Positions 9,279 to 18,847 of a DNA stretch of 64,000 nt are shown here, piece after piece. Source of the stretch: a virus (taxonomy: Duplodnaviria; Caudoviricetes); the IMG/VR virus record IMGVR_UViG_3300009868_000002, positions 1-64,000 of that record; one strand, 5' to 3'. Under the pieces are notes generated by a model. That model saw only the letters and a list, made by a program, of their open reading frames with translations, had not been told where the DNA came from and searched no databases. Position 1 is the stretch's first letter. Each line of letters starts with the position of its first letter. The position numbers were made by a program, and so were the translations under genes.

Positions 9279-11769
9279 CGAAAAAACGCTGGAGTGGTAT
9301 AAATATCAATGTGACAGGATTATTCCTGTGCAGAGCGTGCTCACCGTCACCGACTTCGAGGAGATGAAGAAGCTCTACGAATTCAAGAATAACGACTTGA
9401 CGCTATTCCGTGACGAGATAGACTACTACTGTGGCAGCTTGGCGGAGTTTGGCGCCAGCGAAGAGGACTTGATTCCCTACAATCCTATACCGCAGAAGCT
9501 GGAAATCCTCAAAGGGGAGATGCTGGCCAGGGGCAATACCCTGAAGATTATCCTCCTTACAGCAAAAGCCATACAGAATAAGAATGAGCAGCTCTACAAC
9601 CTGATTAAGCAGTCGGTGGAGCAGGAGCTGCAGATAGTAATAGAGCAGCAAAAGCAGCAGCTGGAAGGTAAATCCCCCGAAGAGATTGAGCAGTATGTGC
9701 AGGAGCTGCGTACCATGCGTACCCCTGAAGACTTAAATATTAAAGACTTTTTGTCGGAAAGTGAGATACTGTACAACAAATTGTTGGATTTTACCTACGC
9801 CGACCAGGATATATTAAGCAAAAAGTTAGAGTGCATCGATGATGCTGCAACAGTAGACAGATTCTTTGTCTATCCGGGGTGGAAACATGGCAGGCCCTAT
9901 ATACAGATGCTCAATCCCCTGCATGTAGGCTTCGACAAAAATCCCAACACTCCCTTTATTCAGCATGGCGACTACGTATGGTACCGCGACGAGATAACGG
10001 TAGCGGATGCACTGCAGGAATATGCCAACAGGCTGAGTGAAGCGGACATCGATAAGCTAGCACAGTTTGCCACCACCGTCAACGCCATTGATGCACGTCA
10101 TGCCAGCCAGCCCGTCTTTGACTACACTCAATACTACAGCTTGCTGGAGTACTTCGGTGAGCGCCTGAAGCGTGGCGTAGGTACCCACCAGGGTCGTGCC
10201 GTTACGCGGATGAACGTCTTTCAGACGCTATGGCGCGTACACCTGGAATTCAAGGCATTTCGTGAGGTGGTATTTCTTACCATCAAAGACGACTATAATG
10301 AAACCATCACGCTGGACGTCAAGGCCAATGTAATCCCCAAGGAAGCCAGCCTGGTGAAGTACACTAATCGCTGGGGCGAGCAGAGTGAGAAATATGTATG
10401 GGCCGCTGAAGACGGTACCAACATGGAAGCTGAAGTGATGTGGATACCGCGTCGCTATGAAGTCACCCGCCTGGGCAACGATATCTATGTAGACTTCCGC
10501 GAGGTACCCTTCCAGCCTGATTACGGAGATAATCCTTTCTCGCGCTTTGAGCTAAGCTATAAGGGAGGCATCATCAACTCCCGCAACGCCAAGTCTGTAT
10601 CTCTGGTACAGCGTGCGCTGCCTTATGCTTTTCAGTATATGGCCGCTAAGCGCCTGCAGGACAGGGAAATGGCGAAGTATGTAGGACAGGAGCGTGCCGT
10701 CGATGTGGACCAAATCCCCGACGAGTTAGCGCTGGACCATGAGAATGACCCTGCCGTCGACCAGGATAGGGCACTAAGAAACGACGTCATAGCACGAAAG
10801 ACAGGGACACGGTATTACTCCGGTAGCCGCAGTGCTAATGGACTGCCTGTACCGCCGACACGCTCTGCGGGAGTGACATATAACGTCGTCGATACCTCGC
10901 CGCAGCTGCTAAATCTGCAGCAGCTATGCGGGTTGCTCAACGTAGAGGTGGGCATGGCGATGGGCATACCGCCACAGCGTGAAGCGATGACGCTCCCCAA
11001 CACCAACGTCTCCGACAACCGGCAGGCATTGGTGCAGGCAAGTCTTAGCACGCAGTCTGTATTCTTCTTTGTCGACAAGGTATGGGCCCATGTGCTCAAC
11101 GAGCATCTTTTGAATCTGAAGACTTACCTGCAGAATCTGTTCGCTACCAACCCCAAGCTTACCAACCACCAGTTTGAGTACATTCTGCCCAACGGTACTA
11201 AGGAGTTGCTGCAAGTGACGCCTAATCAGGTGGAGCAACTGGAAGACATAGGGTTGTATATCTTCAACTCCGGCAAGGACAAGATGTATTTCGATATCAT
11301 GCTCGCCAACTTGCAGCCCATAGCACAAAATGCAGGGCAGGGCGCTGCATCGCTCTCTGCGATACTGAAGGGATTGGTAAGCACTAACTCTGTAGAGGAA
11401 GTGCACAAGCTCATCAGCATCGAAGAGCAGCGGCAGCATGAGCGTATGCTACAGCAACAGCAGCAACAGAACGAAGCACAGCAGCAGCTAGTGAAGCTAC
11501 AGCAGGATATGGCCAAGTTCCAATCCAATCTGGAGCTGAGCGTCGAGATGGCGAAGCTGGAAGAGCAGCGTAATACACGGCTGCAGGCCGCCGAGATAGA
11601 ATCTACTCGATTCAAGCAACAACAGGACGTCAACAGCAATGAGATTGCAGACTCGCTCGAACAGCAACGGGAGCAGCAACAATGGGAGAGCGCCGAAAAG
11701 GAAAAGGACAGGCAGCTACAACTGCAGCTCGCCAAAGAAAAACAAGGTGTTGTAAAAGCTAATAAATAA
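9241..11769 (+). CDS. Portal protein
   Basis: 842 aa directly after terL; YNPIPQK, GIPPQRE, Gln-rich coiled-coil C-terminus; crAss-like gene order. Confidence 0.9.
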   Translation: MLTDFLKLQIPDSEKTLEWYKYQCDRIIPVQSVLTVTDFEEMKKLYEFKNNDLTLFRDEIDYYCGSLAEFGASEEDLIPYNPIPQKLEILKGEMLARGNTLKIILLTAKAIQNKNEQLYNLIKQSVEQELQIVIEQQKQQLEGKSPEEIEQYVQELRTMRTPEDLNIKDFLSESEILYNKLLDFTYADQDILSKKLECIDDAATVDRFFVYPGWKHGRPYIQMLNPLHVGFDKNPNTPFIQHGDYVWYRDEITVADALQEYANRLSEADIDKLAQFATTVNAIDARHASQPVFDYTQYYSLLEYFGERLKRGVGTHQGRAVTRMNVFQTLWRVHLEFKAFREVVFLTIKDDYNETITLDVKANVIPKEASLVKYTNRWGEQSEKYVWAAEDGTNMEAEVMWIPRRYEVTRLGNDIYVDFREVPFQPDYGDNPFSRFELSYKGGIINSRNAKSVSLVQRALPYAFQYMAAKRLQDREMAKYVGQERAVDVDQIPDELALDHENDPAVDQDRALRNDVIARKTGTRYYSGSRSANGLPVPPTRSAGVTYNVVDTSPQLLNLQQLCGLLNVEVGMAMGIPPQREAMTLPNTNVSDNRQALVQASLSTQSVFFFVDKVWAHVLNEHLLNLKTYLQNLFATNPKLTNHQFEYILPNGTKELLQVTPNQVEQLEDIGLYIFNSGKDKMYFDIMLANLQPIAQNAGQGAASLSAILKGLVSTNSVEEVHKLISIEEQRQHERMLQQQQQQNEAQQQLVKLQQDMAKFQSNLELSVEMAKLEEQRNTRLQAAEIESTRFKQQQDVNSNEIADSLEQQREQQQWESAEKEKDRQLQLQLAKEKQGVVKANK

Positions 11770-11772
11770 ATA

Positions 11773-11780
11773 TACCTTTG
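11773..11780 (+). promoter_or_regulatory. Bacteroidota -7 promoter-like element
   Basis: TACCTTTG in an AT-rich gap, 2 nt before ATG 11783. Confidence 0.4.
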
Positions 11781-11782
11781 CC

Positions 11783-12835
11783 ATGACTGAAGGAAAATCA
11801 CTATTTGAGGACTTGATTGCCGCCGATGAGCCGCAACTTATCCTACCCGATGACGAGGATGCACCGCCTACTGAGGAGCCAAAAGATGCTCCCAGCGACG
11901 ACGAACGGGGAAATAACCCTCCTGCAACAGAAGAAGAAAGCTCTGAAACGAGTGAGGAAGAAACAGAAGAAACCGACGATAGAGCAGTAGCGCTATACAA
12001 CTTCCTCAAAGAGCAGGAGCTTATCGAAGGAGATACTGAATTCTCCGGTAAGCCGTCTGACTTGGTTGACATCCTTGAATCCCTGCCTGACGCTATGTTC
12101 ATGCGTGCCGTAGACTCTGTACATCCCGATGCACAGCAGCTGCTCTCCTATGCTTTTGAGCTGGGAGATAAGGCGTCGTTTGAAGCGCTACAGAAGTTTT
12201 TCGCTAACTACTACGAAGCTCCTGTGGCGCTGGAAACGGATGACGACGCCGAGGCGTACTTGAAGAATGTACTGAAAAGCAACAAGCTTTTCAATACACA
12301 GGACAAAATCGATAAGTACCTGGATGGGCTTATCGAAAAGGGAGAGCTGCTTACCACGGCACAGAGCATCGAAGAGGAGAGACGTGCCTCCCGTGAAGCT
12401 GCCGCCAAGCAGGCTACCGAACAGGCTGCTGCGACACGCAAGCAAGCGGAAGCGGATGCGGTAAAGTTCTACCAGACGCTCTACGATGAAGTGCAGCAGC
12501 AACCGTGGGCTGACACACGCAAGAATGCGGTGCTCGACAACCTGGTGCCACAGAAAGTGAACGAAATGAATCAGCTTATCATGCAGTCGCCAAAAGCAAT
12601 GATACAGCTCGCCGACATATATTCGCGCTTTAACCCTAAAACTAAAGAGTTTGACTTGTCAGACCTGGAGCTGAAAGCCAGCGGCAAGAAAGCGGAAGAG
12701 CGCAAGGAGAAACTTGCCAAGGATAGGGCAGGCTCTATCCTGTCAGGAATTACAGCAAAAGAAAAGCCTACGAAAGGGGCCGCACAAAGCTTCTGGGGAC
12801 ATCTGCAAAAGATAGAGGAAGAACCCATTAGCTAA
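11783..12835 (+). CDS. Acidic scaffold-like head assembly protein
   Basis: Very acidic disordered N-terminus plus coiled coil; lies between portal and major capsid protein. Confidence 0.65.
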   Translation: MTEGKSLFEDLIAADEPQLILPDDEDAPPTEEPKDAPSDDERGNNPPATEEESSETSEEETEETDDRAVALYNFLKEQELIEGDTEFSGKPSDLVDILESLPDAMFMRAVDSVHPDAQQLLSYAFELGDKASFEALQKFFANYYEAPVALETDDDAEAYLKNVLKSNKLFNTQDKIDKYLDGLIEKGELLTTAQSIEEERRASREAAAKQATEQAAATRKQAEADAVKFYQTLYDEVQQQPWADTRKNAVLDNLVPQKVNEMNQLIMQSPKAMIQLADIYSRFNPKTKEFDLSDLELKASGKKAEERKEKLAKDRAGSILSGITAKEKPTKGAAQSFWGHLQKIEEEPIS

Positions 12836-12873
12836 TAGTTTTTTATCACATTTCTTAATAAAATCGAGTAACA

Positions 12874-14469
12874 ATGCTAAGACGCAGATCAGCTCTTGAA
12901 AAAGTTGCTCGGAAGGATTGGGGAGGCAGCTATCTGGATAGCTTTACCCATGCGGAGCTCTTTCGCAGCTACGGGCCTACGTACTTTGGTATGATTGATG
13001 CCCAGCTTTTCTCTTCCGAGATTGACGGTAACATCATCAACAAGCCGTGGGTATGGCTGACGATGGCACAGGGTAATGTAATGAGTACAGAACCTGGCCA
13101 TACAGACTACTGCTGGCGCTTGAAGGAAGATGTCATCGCCGACGCACGTATCACCAAGGTTGACCCCAACCTGCCTACCTACCCCGGCAAGGGCAACCTG
13201 GAGTTTAAAATTTACCTGGACAGGGGATGGTTCCATGCTCCTGTACTGCTGAAAACCGACAGCCACGATGCACCACTGCTTCGCATCATCGGCCACCCTG
13301 TGCAAGTTTCTGCTACCGAATGGGAGTATGTTGTTGCACTGCAGGATGGCGACCCTACCAGCTGGCTGAACACCGACTACATCCAAATCGGGCGCAGGAT
13401 TATCGACGGAGGCACCAGCACTGCCGATGAGCTCAACATCGAATACGGCGGAGACTACTTCGCTAACGTATTTGAGCTGCAAAGCCAGATTGGCTACGTT
13501 GGCCGCAAAGTGGAAGTCACCGACAAATTTATCCGCCTGGAAATGGCCGCTAAGAGCAAGAACATGCCCTATAGCATCTCGGGTGGTGGTGGAACGTTTA
13601 CTGATGGTGCCGCTATCGGCGTAGGATACATCTACCAGCCGGGGCTGAAGGACAAGACTTCCAGCAAGGAAATCAAGCAAGGTAGCTTCATCACGATGGC
13701 GGAAGCACGCCTGGCTGAACGCCTGAATGAAGACAAAAACTTCATGATGGAGTTTGGACGTACGGAAGTTACCGTCAACCCGCAAACGGGACGCCCTATT
13801 AAGGTTGCTCCGGGGTGGCGCCAAATCCGCAAGGATGGGCACTACTATCCCCACAATGGTAGCCTTACGCTGTACGATATCTATGAGCGCCTGCAAGGTA
13901 TCTTCGTAACGCGCTATGGCGTTGGTGAACCTATCGTGCTGCTGCGCACCGGCAAGGGCGGATTGGAGCTCTTCTCCCGCATGGTAAACACGGAAGCAGG
14001 ACTGAACCCCTTCGTGCTGATGGACAGCTACTTTATCCAGCGCACCAACTCGGAAATCACGGGCAACGCCCTGAAGTATGGCGCACAATACACGGAAGTG
14101 CTGATGCCTAACGGTATTACGCTGAAGGTAATGTATGACCCCACCAAGGACAATCCGCGTTACTATCCCGAGAAAGTGCCCGGCACCAGCTACAGCTATG
14201 AAAGCTACACTTTCGACGTCATGGACCTCGGTGCAACAGATGCTGCTCCCGCCAACGCACGTACCAAGTCGAATATCTCGATGGTGTACGAAGAAGCTTA
14301 TGAGGAGTACTTCATGGTATCGAACGTCTACGACATCTATTCCGGCGCCAAGAAGGGCGGTGAGAATGTCGCCATGCTCGACAAGCAGGCAGGTATCTAC
14401 CGTGGTAGCTCCTGCGCACTGGCAGTATGGGATACTTCCCGCATCCTTTCGATGCCGTACATCGTGTAA
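12874..14469 (+). CDS. Major capsid protein (crAss-like)
   Basis: 531 aa, strong high-expression codon bias, TGRPIKVAPGWRQ and TGKGG motifs, position after scaffold. Confidence 0.9.
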   Translation: MLRRRSALEKVARKDWGGSYLDSFTHAELFRSYGPTYFGMIDAQLFSSEIDGNIINKPWVWLTMAQGNVMSTEPGHTDYCWRLKEDVIADARITKVDPNLPTYPGKGNLEFKIYLDRGWFHAPVLLKTDSHDAPLLRIIGHPVQVSATEWEYVVALQDGDPTSWLNTDYIQIGRRIIDGGTSTADELNIEYGGDYFANVFELQSQIGYVGRKVEVTDKFIRLEMAAKSKNMPYSISGGGGTFTDGAAIGVGYIYQPGLKDKTSSKEIKQGSFITMAEARLAERLNEDKNFMMEFGRTEVTVNPQTGRPIKVAPGWRQIRKDGHYYPHNGSLTLYDIYERLQGIFVTRYGVGEPIVLLRTGKGGLELFSRMVNTEAGLNPFVLMDSYFIQRTNSEITGNALKYGAQYTEVLMPNGITLKVMYDPTKDNPRYYPEKVPGTSYSYESYTFDVMDLGATDAAPANARTKSNISMVYEEAYEEYFMVSNVYDIYSGAKKGGENVAMLDKQAGIYRGSSCALAVWDTSRILSMPYIV

Positions 14470-14502
14470 GACAAGAAAAGTCAAAACTAAAATAATGTTT
14501 CT

Positions 14503-15681
14503 ATGACAAAGATTATCGTAATGCCAGTTGCCAGGGAGTCGGTGCAGCGCCGCCACCTGTCGCCCGTGAAAGTGTTCGACCCTATAAAGCGCCAGATGGT
14601 AGATACAGGGCACCTTTCGGGGAAGACAAAAGCAAATGGCGCCGTGGAGCGCCTTCCTTTTACGGCGGACCGCGAAAAGCGCCGCTTCAAGACGGGACTG
14701 GAAGAATTAATAGACAATCCATATAAAGATATGGATTGGTTGGAGCTAAAGGCTAGCAAGGCATTGCCCGATAAGTGGGATGCCTTGCTTCCCAAGCTCG
14801 TCGAAATGCCGAAGATTTCGCGCCAGCAGTACTATGAAATCCTCGATGGCGTCGTGCCGGACTTCTATAGCCCCGCGATGCACATGGATAGCTTACGCCC
14901 GGAGACGCTATTTGCCAATAGCGACCCCAAGCGGGAGCGCACCTTCATCGAGCGATTTGAAATTACGCTGTACGATGGTGCCAACACGTTCCACTCCGAT
15001 ACCAGTAGGGGAAGATTCGCTATACAGCTGCTAAAGAATTGCAGCTTGGTAGCCCCCAACAGGGATATTGCCAATAGCAACTACCACCATTGGTATATTG
15101 CCGAAGAGAATGAAGAGGAGCTGGACAGGGTAAAAGACGACGACTTGGAAAACCAGGCTATCTTTGAATTGGCAAGCATGCAGGCAAACTTCCCCGAGTA
15201 CAGGCTCTACCAGCTGGCAGGGCAGCTCACTACACATGAGCGCACCGTACTGATTAAGGGAGATGTAAGCCACATGCTCGTAAAGGACCAGCTTAACCGC
15301 TACATCAAAGGCAAATCTCCTAGCAAAAAGGAGAACATCGCCAAGTTCATGGACGCGGTCGCCAACTTTAAAGGCAACGTCCTGAAGTTTGAAGTAGACT
15401 ACCTGGTAGCACAAGGTATTGCTACATCGCTGCTCTACCATGAGGGGGGATTGCTGCACTGGCGCGGAAAGGCCGACAGCCCGCAAATCTTCAAGTGGAA
15501 GAGCGAGGATGCCTTTAAGGCGTTCCTCTTCGATGAAGCGCAGAAGTACGACGTCAACCATGTGGAATCTTCGTACTACGGCATTTATTTGGAAGAAGCG
15601 AGAGTGCGCGGTATACGTATCGACAAGATGGGCGCTACCGAGCAGACTATCGCTAAAGCGCGTAAAGCAAAAAGTGAATGA
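14503..15681 (+). CDS. Conserved crAss-like protein downstream of the major capsid protein
   Basis: 392 aa; FKTGL and WYIAEENEE; gene order. Confidence 0.65.
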   Translation: MTKIIVMPVARESVQRRHLSPVKVFDPIKRQMVDTGHLSGKTKANGAVERLPFTADREKRRFKTGLEELIDNPYKDMDWLELKASKALPDKWDALLPKLVEMPKISRQQYYEILDGVVPDFYSPAMHMDSLRPETLFANSDPKRERTFIERFEITLYDGANTFHSDTSRGRFAIQLLKNCSLVAPNRDIANSNYHHWYIAEENEEELDRVKDDDLENQAIFELASMQANFPEYRLYQLAGQLTTHERTVLIKGDVSHMLVKDQLNRYIKGKSPSKKENIAKFMDAVANFKGNVLKFEVDYLVAQGIATSLLYHEGGLLHWRGKADSPQIFKWKSEDAFKAFLFDEAQKYDVNHVESSYYGIYLEEARVRGIRIDKMGATEQTIAKARKAKSE

Positions 15682-16439
15682 GCATACAAAAGTTGCATTG
15701 GCTTATCAAAGAGCGCTATAATAAGCTCGACAGCAATCACTACAGGGACTTGACACCCATGGAGATTGACCAGGCCGCTGACGATGCCACCTTCCAGCTG
15801 ATGGAATTTGTCTTCGACAACGAAAAGCAGCCTGCTTTCGACATGATTGCCAACCTGGTAGTGACGGCTAGCGAGCAGCCTGCTCTTACTCCCAAGGCTA
15901 CGACTACTGATGCCGTAGGTATTGTCTATGAGTTTGACTTGTCGAACTTGCTCTACCCCTACTACCACTACAAGCGTGCGTTCGCTGTGACGGACTGTGG
16001 GCTGGTAAAAGTAGAGTTGGTAGGACATGGCAGACTTAGTGACGTGCTTAACGACCAATTCAGTAAGCCTAGCAAGAAGTGGAAGCGCTTGGTAGGTACT
16101 ATTGCAAAGAATTCTACAGAGAATGACTATTCTCTGTACATCTATTCAGAGACGGGATTTGCGATTGAGTCGCTGTCTTTGGAGTACGTGCGCTTGCCGC
16201 GTAAGGTATTTTTTGGTGGGTATGACTCTATTGAGTATTTGGAGTGCTTGAGTAATGGCGGTACTGCCAGCACTTGCTCCCAGTACTATAATAGTGCTAC
16301 TGCTCCCCAGGATAGTGAAATCGACGAAACATACCATACGTTGCTGGCGGATTTTGCAGTACGAGAGTTGTCGCGTATCCTTAAAGATGGAGCGTCATTC
16401 CAGCTGCAAACGGAAAAAGTCAGTCATTCAATCACTTAA
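15678..16439 (+). CDS. Tail ring / head-tail adaptor protein
   Basis: NKLDSN...EID, YVRLPRK, EIDETYHTLLADFAV; gene order. Confidence 0.65.
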   Translation: MSIQKLHWLIKERYNKLDSNHYRDLTPMEIDQAADDATFQLMEFVFDNEKQPAFDMIANLVVTASEQPALTPKATTTDAVGIVYEFDLSNLLYPYYHYKRAFAVTDCGLVKVELVGHGRLSDVLNDQFSKPSKKWKRLVGTIAKNSTENDYSLYIYSETGFAIESLSLEYVRLPRKVFFGGYDSIEYLECLSNGGTASTCSQYYNSATAPQDSEIDETYHTLLADFAVRELSRILKDGASFQLQTEKVSHSIT

Positions 16440-16450
16440 ATTAACTAACA

Positions 16451-17836
16451 ATGATTACTAACAAAGACCAGACCGCTGCCATGGAGGTTTTCCTCATTGG
16501 TACAGCGGATAGCGCTTTGCCGGTGTCGGGTGCCAACGTTGGCGCCAACAATGCCCTGGCTATCGCCGATGGGCAGCTTGCCGTCATTAGCGCTGACCAT
16601 AATGGTACTGTTGCTTTCGGCAACTTCCTTGCCACCGGTGACGACATCGATGCCGCCAACACCATTCGCGTCATCCAGGGTACGCCCTACTCCTCGCAGC
16701 TCAACCTCGTAAATCCGTTTAACGTCACTCACAAAAAGTACGTTGAGACGGGTAACATCAAGGCGACGAGCGTCCGGGGTGTTTCCACTTTCCTGCCGTC
16801 GTGGCCGTCCCACGCCATCCAGTACATTAACGCCGTTAGTGGGCAAGACGATGAAACCCGCTATACGATGAACGTCGAGCTGGAAGGTACTCGTACGGAC
16901 CTCGCTTATGGCATGAACCGTGACGTGACACGCGCTGTCTACGACTTGCCTGCATCGGGCTCTGTAAGCTTGCTGCTTCAGAACCTCGCTATGCAGCTGA
17001 ACCGCTCCAGCAAGATTATCGGACAAGCCAGTCCTACGCACTTTGCCGGTAACAAGCCCTTCGTGGTGCTTGGCGTCGACACTGCTGCTGGCTCCGGTAC
17101 CGTCATTGGTACTTTGGTTGTCGGTGATGTCGTGGACATCGCTACCTATGTGCTTCCTGATGGAAGCACGGAGACGTTCTCTATTACGATGACGGTGCCT
17201 CTGATTCAAGCATTGCACGAAGCTATCGGCAACGTCGCTGCTCTGAGCACGGATACTATCGTCGTGATGACGGCTGCCGCTACCAACGATGTTACCGGGT
17301 TGCTCGTTATCGGGCTGGATGAGGACTTGAACCTCGCCTTCGATAACATCAAAGAGGTGAAAACCCGCGTACGTACGGGCATTGGCGGAACGCTTACCTA
17401 CACGATTACCGAGGCATCTACTGCCTTTGAAGGGCGCAACTTGTACCGCCAGGACTACCTGAAGTATTTCGACAAGGCCGACTTGCAGATTTTCAACATG
17501 CAAAACCAGCCTATCTACGGCGAATACTTCATCCTGGTGCCCAACTACTTCGACGCTACAGTTGATGGTTATACGGTGACGATTATCGACTACTACGATA
17601 ACAACCAAACCATTAACGGACAGGGCGAACATCCCAAGCGTGCCTATATTCTGCTTCCTGCTGCATCAACGACGGCAGCAGTAGATGCAGATACCGGGTA
17701 CACCTGGGCGACTACCAGTGCTACGGCGGTTGCCAGCCTCAATGCCACCCTGGGCGCATGGCTGAGTGATGCCGACGACACTTACAACAACATCACGTAC
17801 AGGGGTAGCGCAACGAAGGCTGCTCCTTTTGTGTAA
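16451..17836 (+). CDS. Abundant structural protein (auxiliary capsid / decoration candidate)
   Basis: 461 aa, T/A/G-rich, capsid-like codon bias, followed by a hairpin. Confidence 0.6.
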   Translation: MITNKDQTAAMEVFLIGTADSALPVSGANVGANNALAIADGQLAVISADHNGTVAFGNFLATGDDIDAANTIRVIQGTPYSSQLNLVNPFNVTHKKYVETGNIKATSVRGVSTFLPSWPSHAIQYINAVSGQDDETRYTMNVELEGTRTDLAYGMNRDVTRAVYDLPASGSVSLLLQNLAMQLNRSSKIIGQASPTHFAGNKPFVVLGVDTAAGSGTVIGTLVVGDVVDIATYVLPDGSTETFSITMTVPLIQALHEAIGNVAALSTDTIVVMTAAATNDVTGLLVIGLDEDLNLAFDNIKEVKTRVRTGIGGTLTYTITEASTAFEGRNLYRQDYLKYFDKADLQIFNMQNQPIYGEYFILVPNYFDATVDGYTVTIIDYYDNNQTINGQGEHPKRAYILLPAASTTAAVDADTGYTWATTSATAVASLNATLGAWLSDADDTYNNITYRGSATKAAPFV

Positions 17837-17841
17837 AGGAA

Positions 17842-17875
17842 CAGGGGGGTACCACCATAGCGGTGGTGCCCCCTG
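17842..17875 (+). terminator. GC-rich stem-loop (terminator or attenuator)
   Basis: caggggggtaccacc-atagc-ggtggtgccccctg; weak U-tract. Confidence 0.55.
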
Positions 17876-17913
17876 ATTCTAATGTCATTGAAAGCATAGA
17901 AATAAGTACTCCT

Positions 17914-18300
17914 ATGGACAATTTGTGGAAATGGTTTGCCGAGCAATGGGCGACTTTAATAACACAACATTTTGAGGGGTTTATGATTCTGGGTACATCG
18001 CTGCTGGGTAGTTTAATAGGACTCCGCCGAGAAGAAAAAGTGGGGTTTTGGCTTGGTTGCTTAGTTGTAGTAACAAGCGCAACGACGTCGATACTCATTG
18101 CTCTTTTGCTGGCACACTATTTTGGGCTCCCCGATGTAGCAGTGTACGCTCTATGCTACTTCCTGGGTACCGTGGGTAATAGGCTAACGCTGAGTTTTAT
18201 CAAGCTGGTAAGTCTCTTTTTAGCGAATCCCCTCGGTACCCTGAAGTATATTGTCAAGGTATTGGCAGAAGTAAGTAAAATCAAAAAAGGTGGCGAATAG
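17914..18300 (+). CDS. Holin-like membrane protein
   Basis: About three TM segments and a basic C-terminus; ATG at 17914. Confidence 0.6.
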   Translation: MDNLWKWFAEQWATLITQHFEGFMILGTSLLGSLIGLRREEKVGFWLGCLVVVTSATTSILIALLLAHYFGLPDVAVYALCYFLGTVGNRLTLSFIKLVSLFLANPLGTLKYIVKVLAEVSKIKKGGE

Positions 18301-18847
18301 ACTTCCAAGAGCATTTATAAAAACCAACGTACCCTTCTCCAAGGCATCGGCTAATGATAATGTGCTGGCTAATAACCCAGGGCATTATCGTCGTGATATA
18401 CTGCTGGCTACTATTGGGGAGCTGGTATATATCTATGAAGATAACAGCGTGCAAATCGCTGCTACCAACCTTGGAGTGACGGCGGCACGTGAGGAGGGCA
18501 GGGTGACGATTACGGTACCCCGTGACGTTTACTTGTTTGCTGTACGTGTAGCAGGTACTACTGCAGACGTCGACGATGATATGAATATGCGGGTGCAGTT
18601 TAACTACACTTATTCGGGCCCTGATAACGCCTATCTGGAAGGTATGGAACCTGTAGGGCTAACAGTATGGGACTATAGTCTTATTAACAATGCCAGCGAG
18701 ACACAGAGTGAAACGTACTTTGCCGCTAAAGTCGAGAAGATATGGAACTGCACTATCGCCGATACAGGCGTAGATAGCGTAATAATCTTGGAGGTAAAGG
18801 TTGAGGATATGAATTACGACAACTGGAAAATAAACGTAGGCTTCTAA
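18290..18847 (+). CDS. Hypothetical beta-rich (structural?) protein
   Basis: 185-aa ORF overlapping both neighbours. Confidence 0.55.
   Translation: MANRLPRAFIKTNVPFSKASANDNVLANNPGHYRRDILLATIGELVYIYEDNSVQIAATNLGVTAAREEGRVTITVPRDVYLFAVRVAGTTADVDDDMNMRVQFNYTYSGPDNAYLEGMEPVGLTVWDYSLINNASETQSETYFAAKVEKIWNCTIADTGVDSVIILEVKVEDMNYDNWKINVGF

Noticed and set aside
12889-14613. 574-aa antisense ORF opposite the major capsid gene
   Set aside because: Shadow frame explained by high-expression codon bias (few TTA/CTA/TCA codons in the sense gene); no recognisable motifs.
16445-17632. 395-aa antisense ORF opposite 16451..17836
   Set aside because: Same codon-bias shadow effect.
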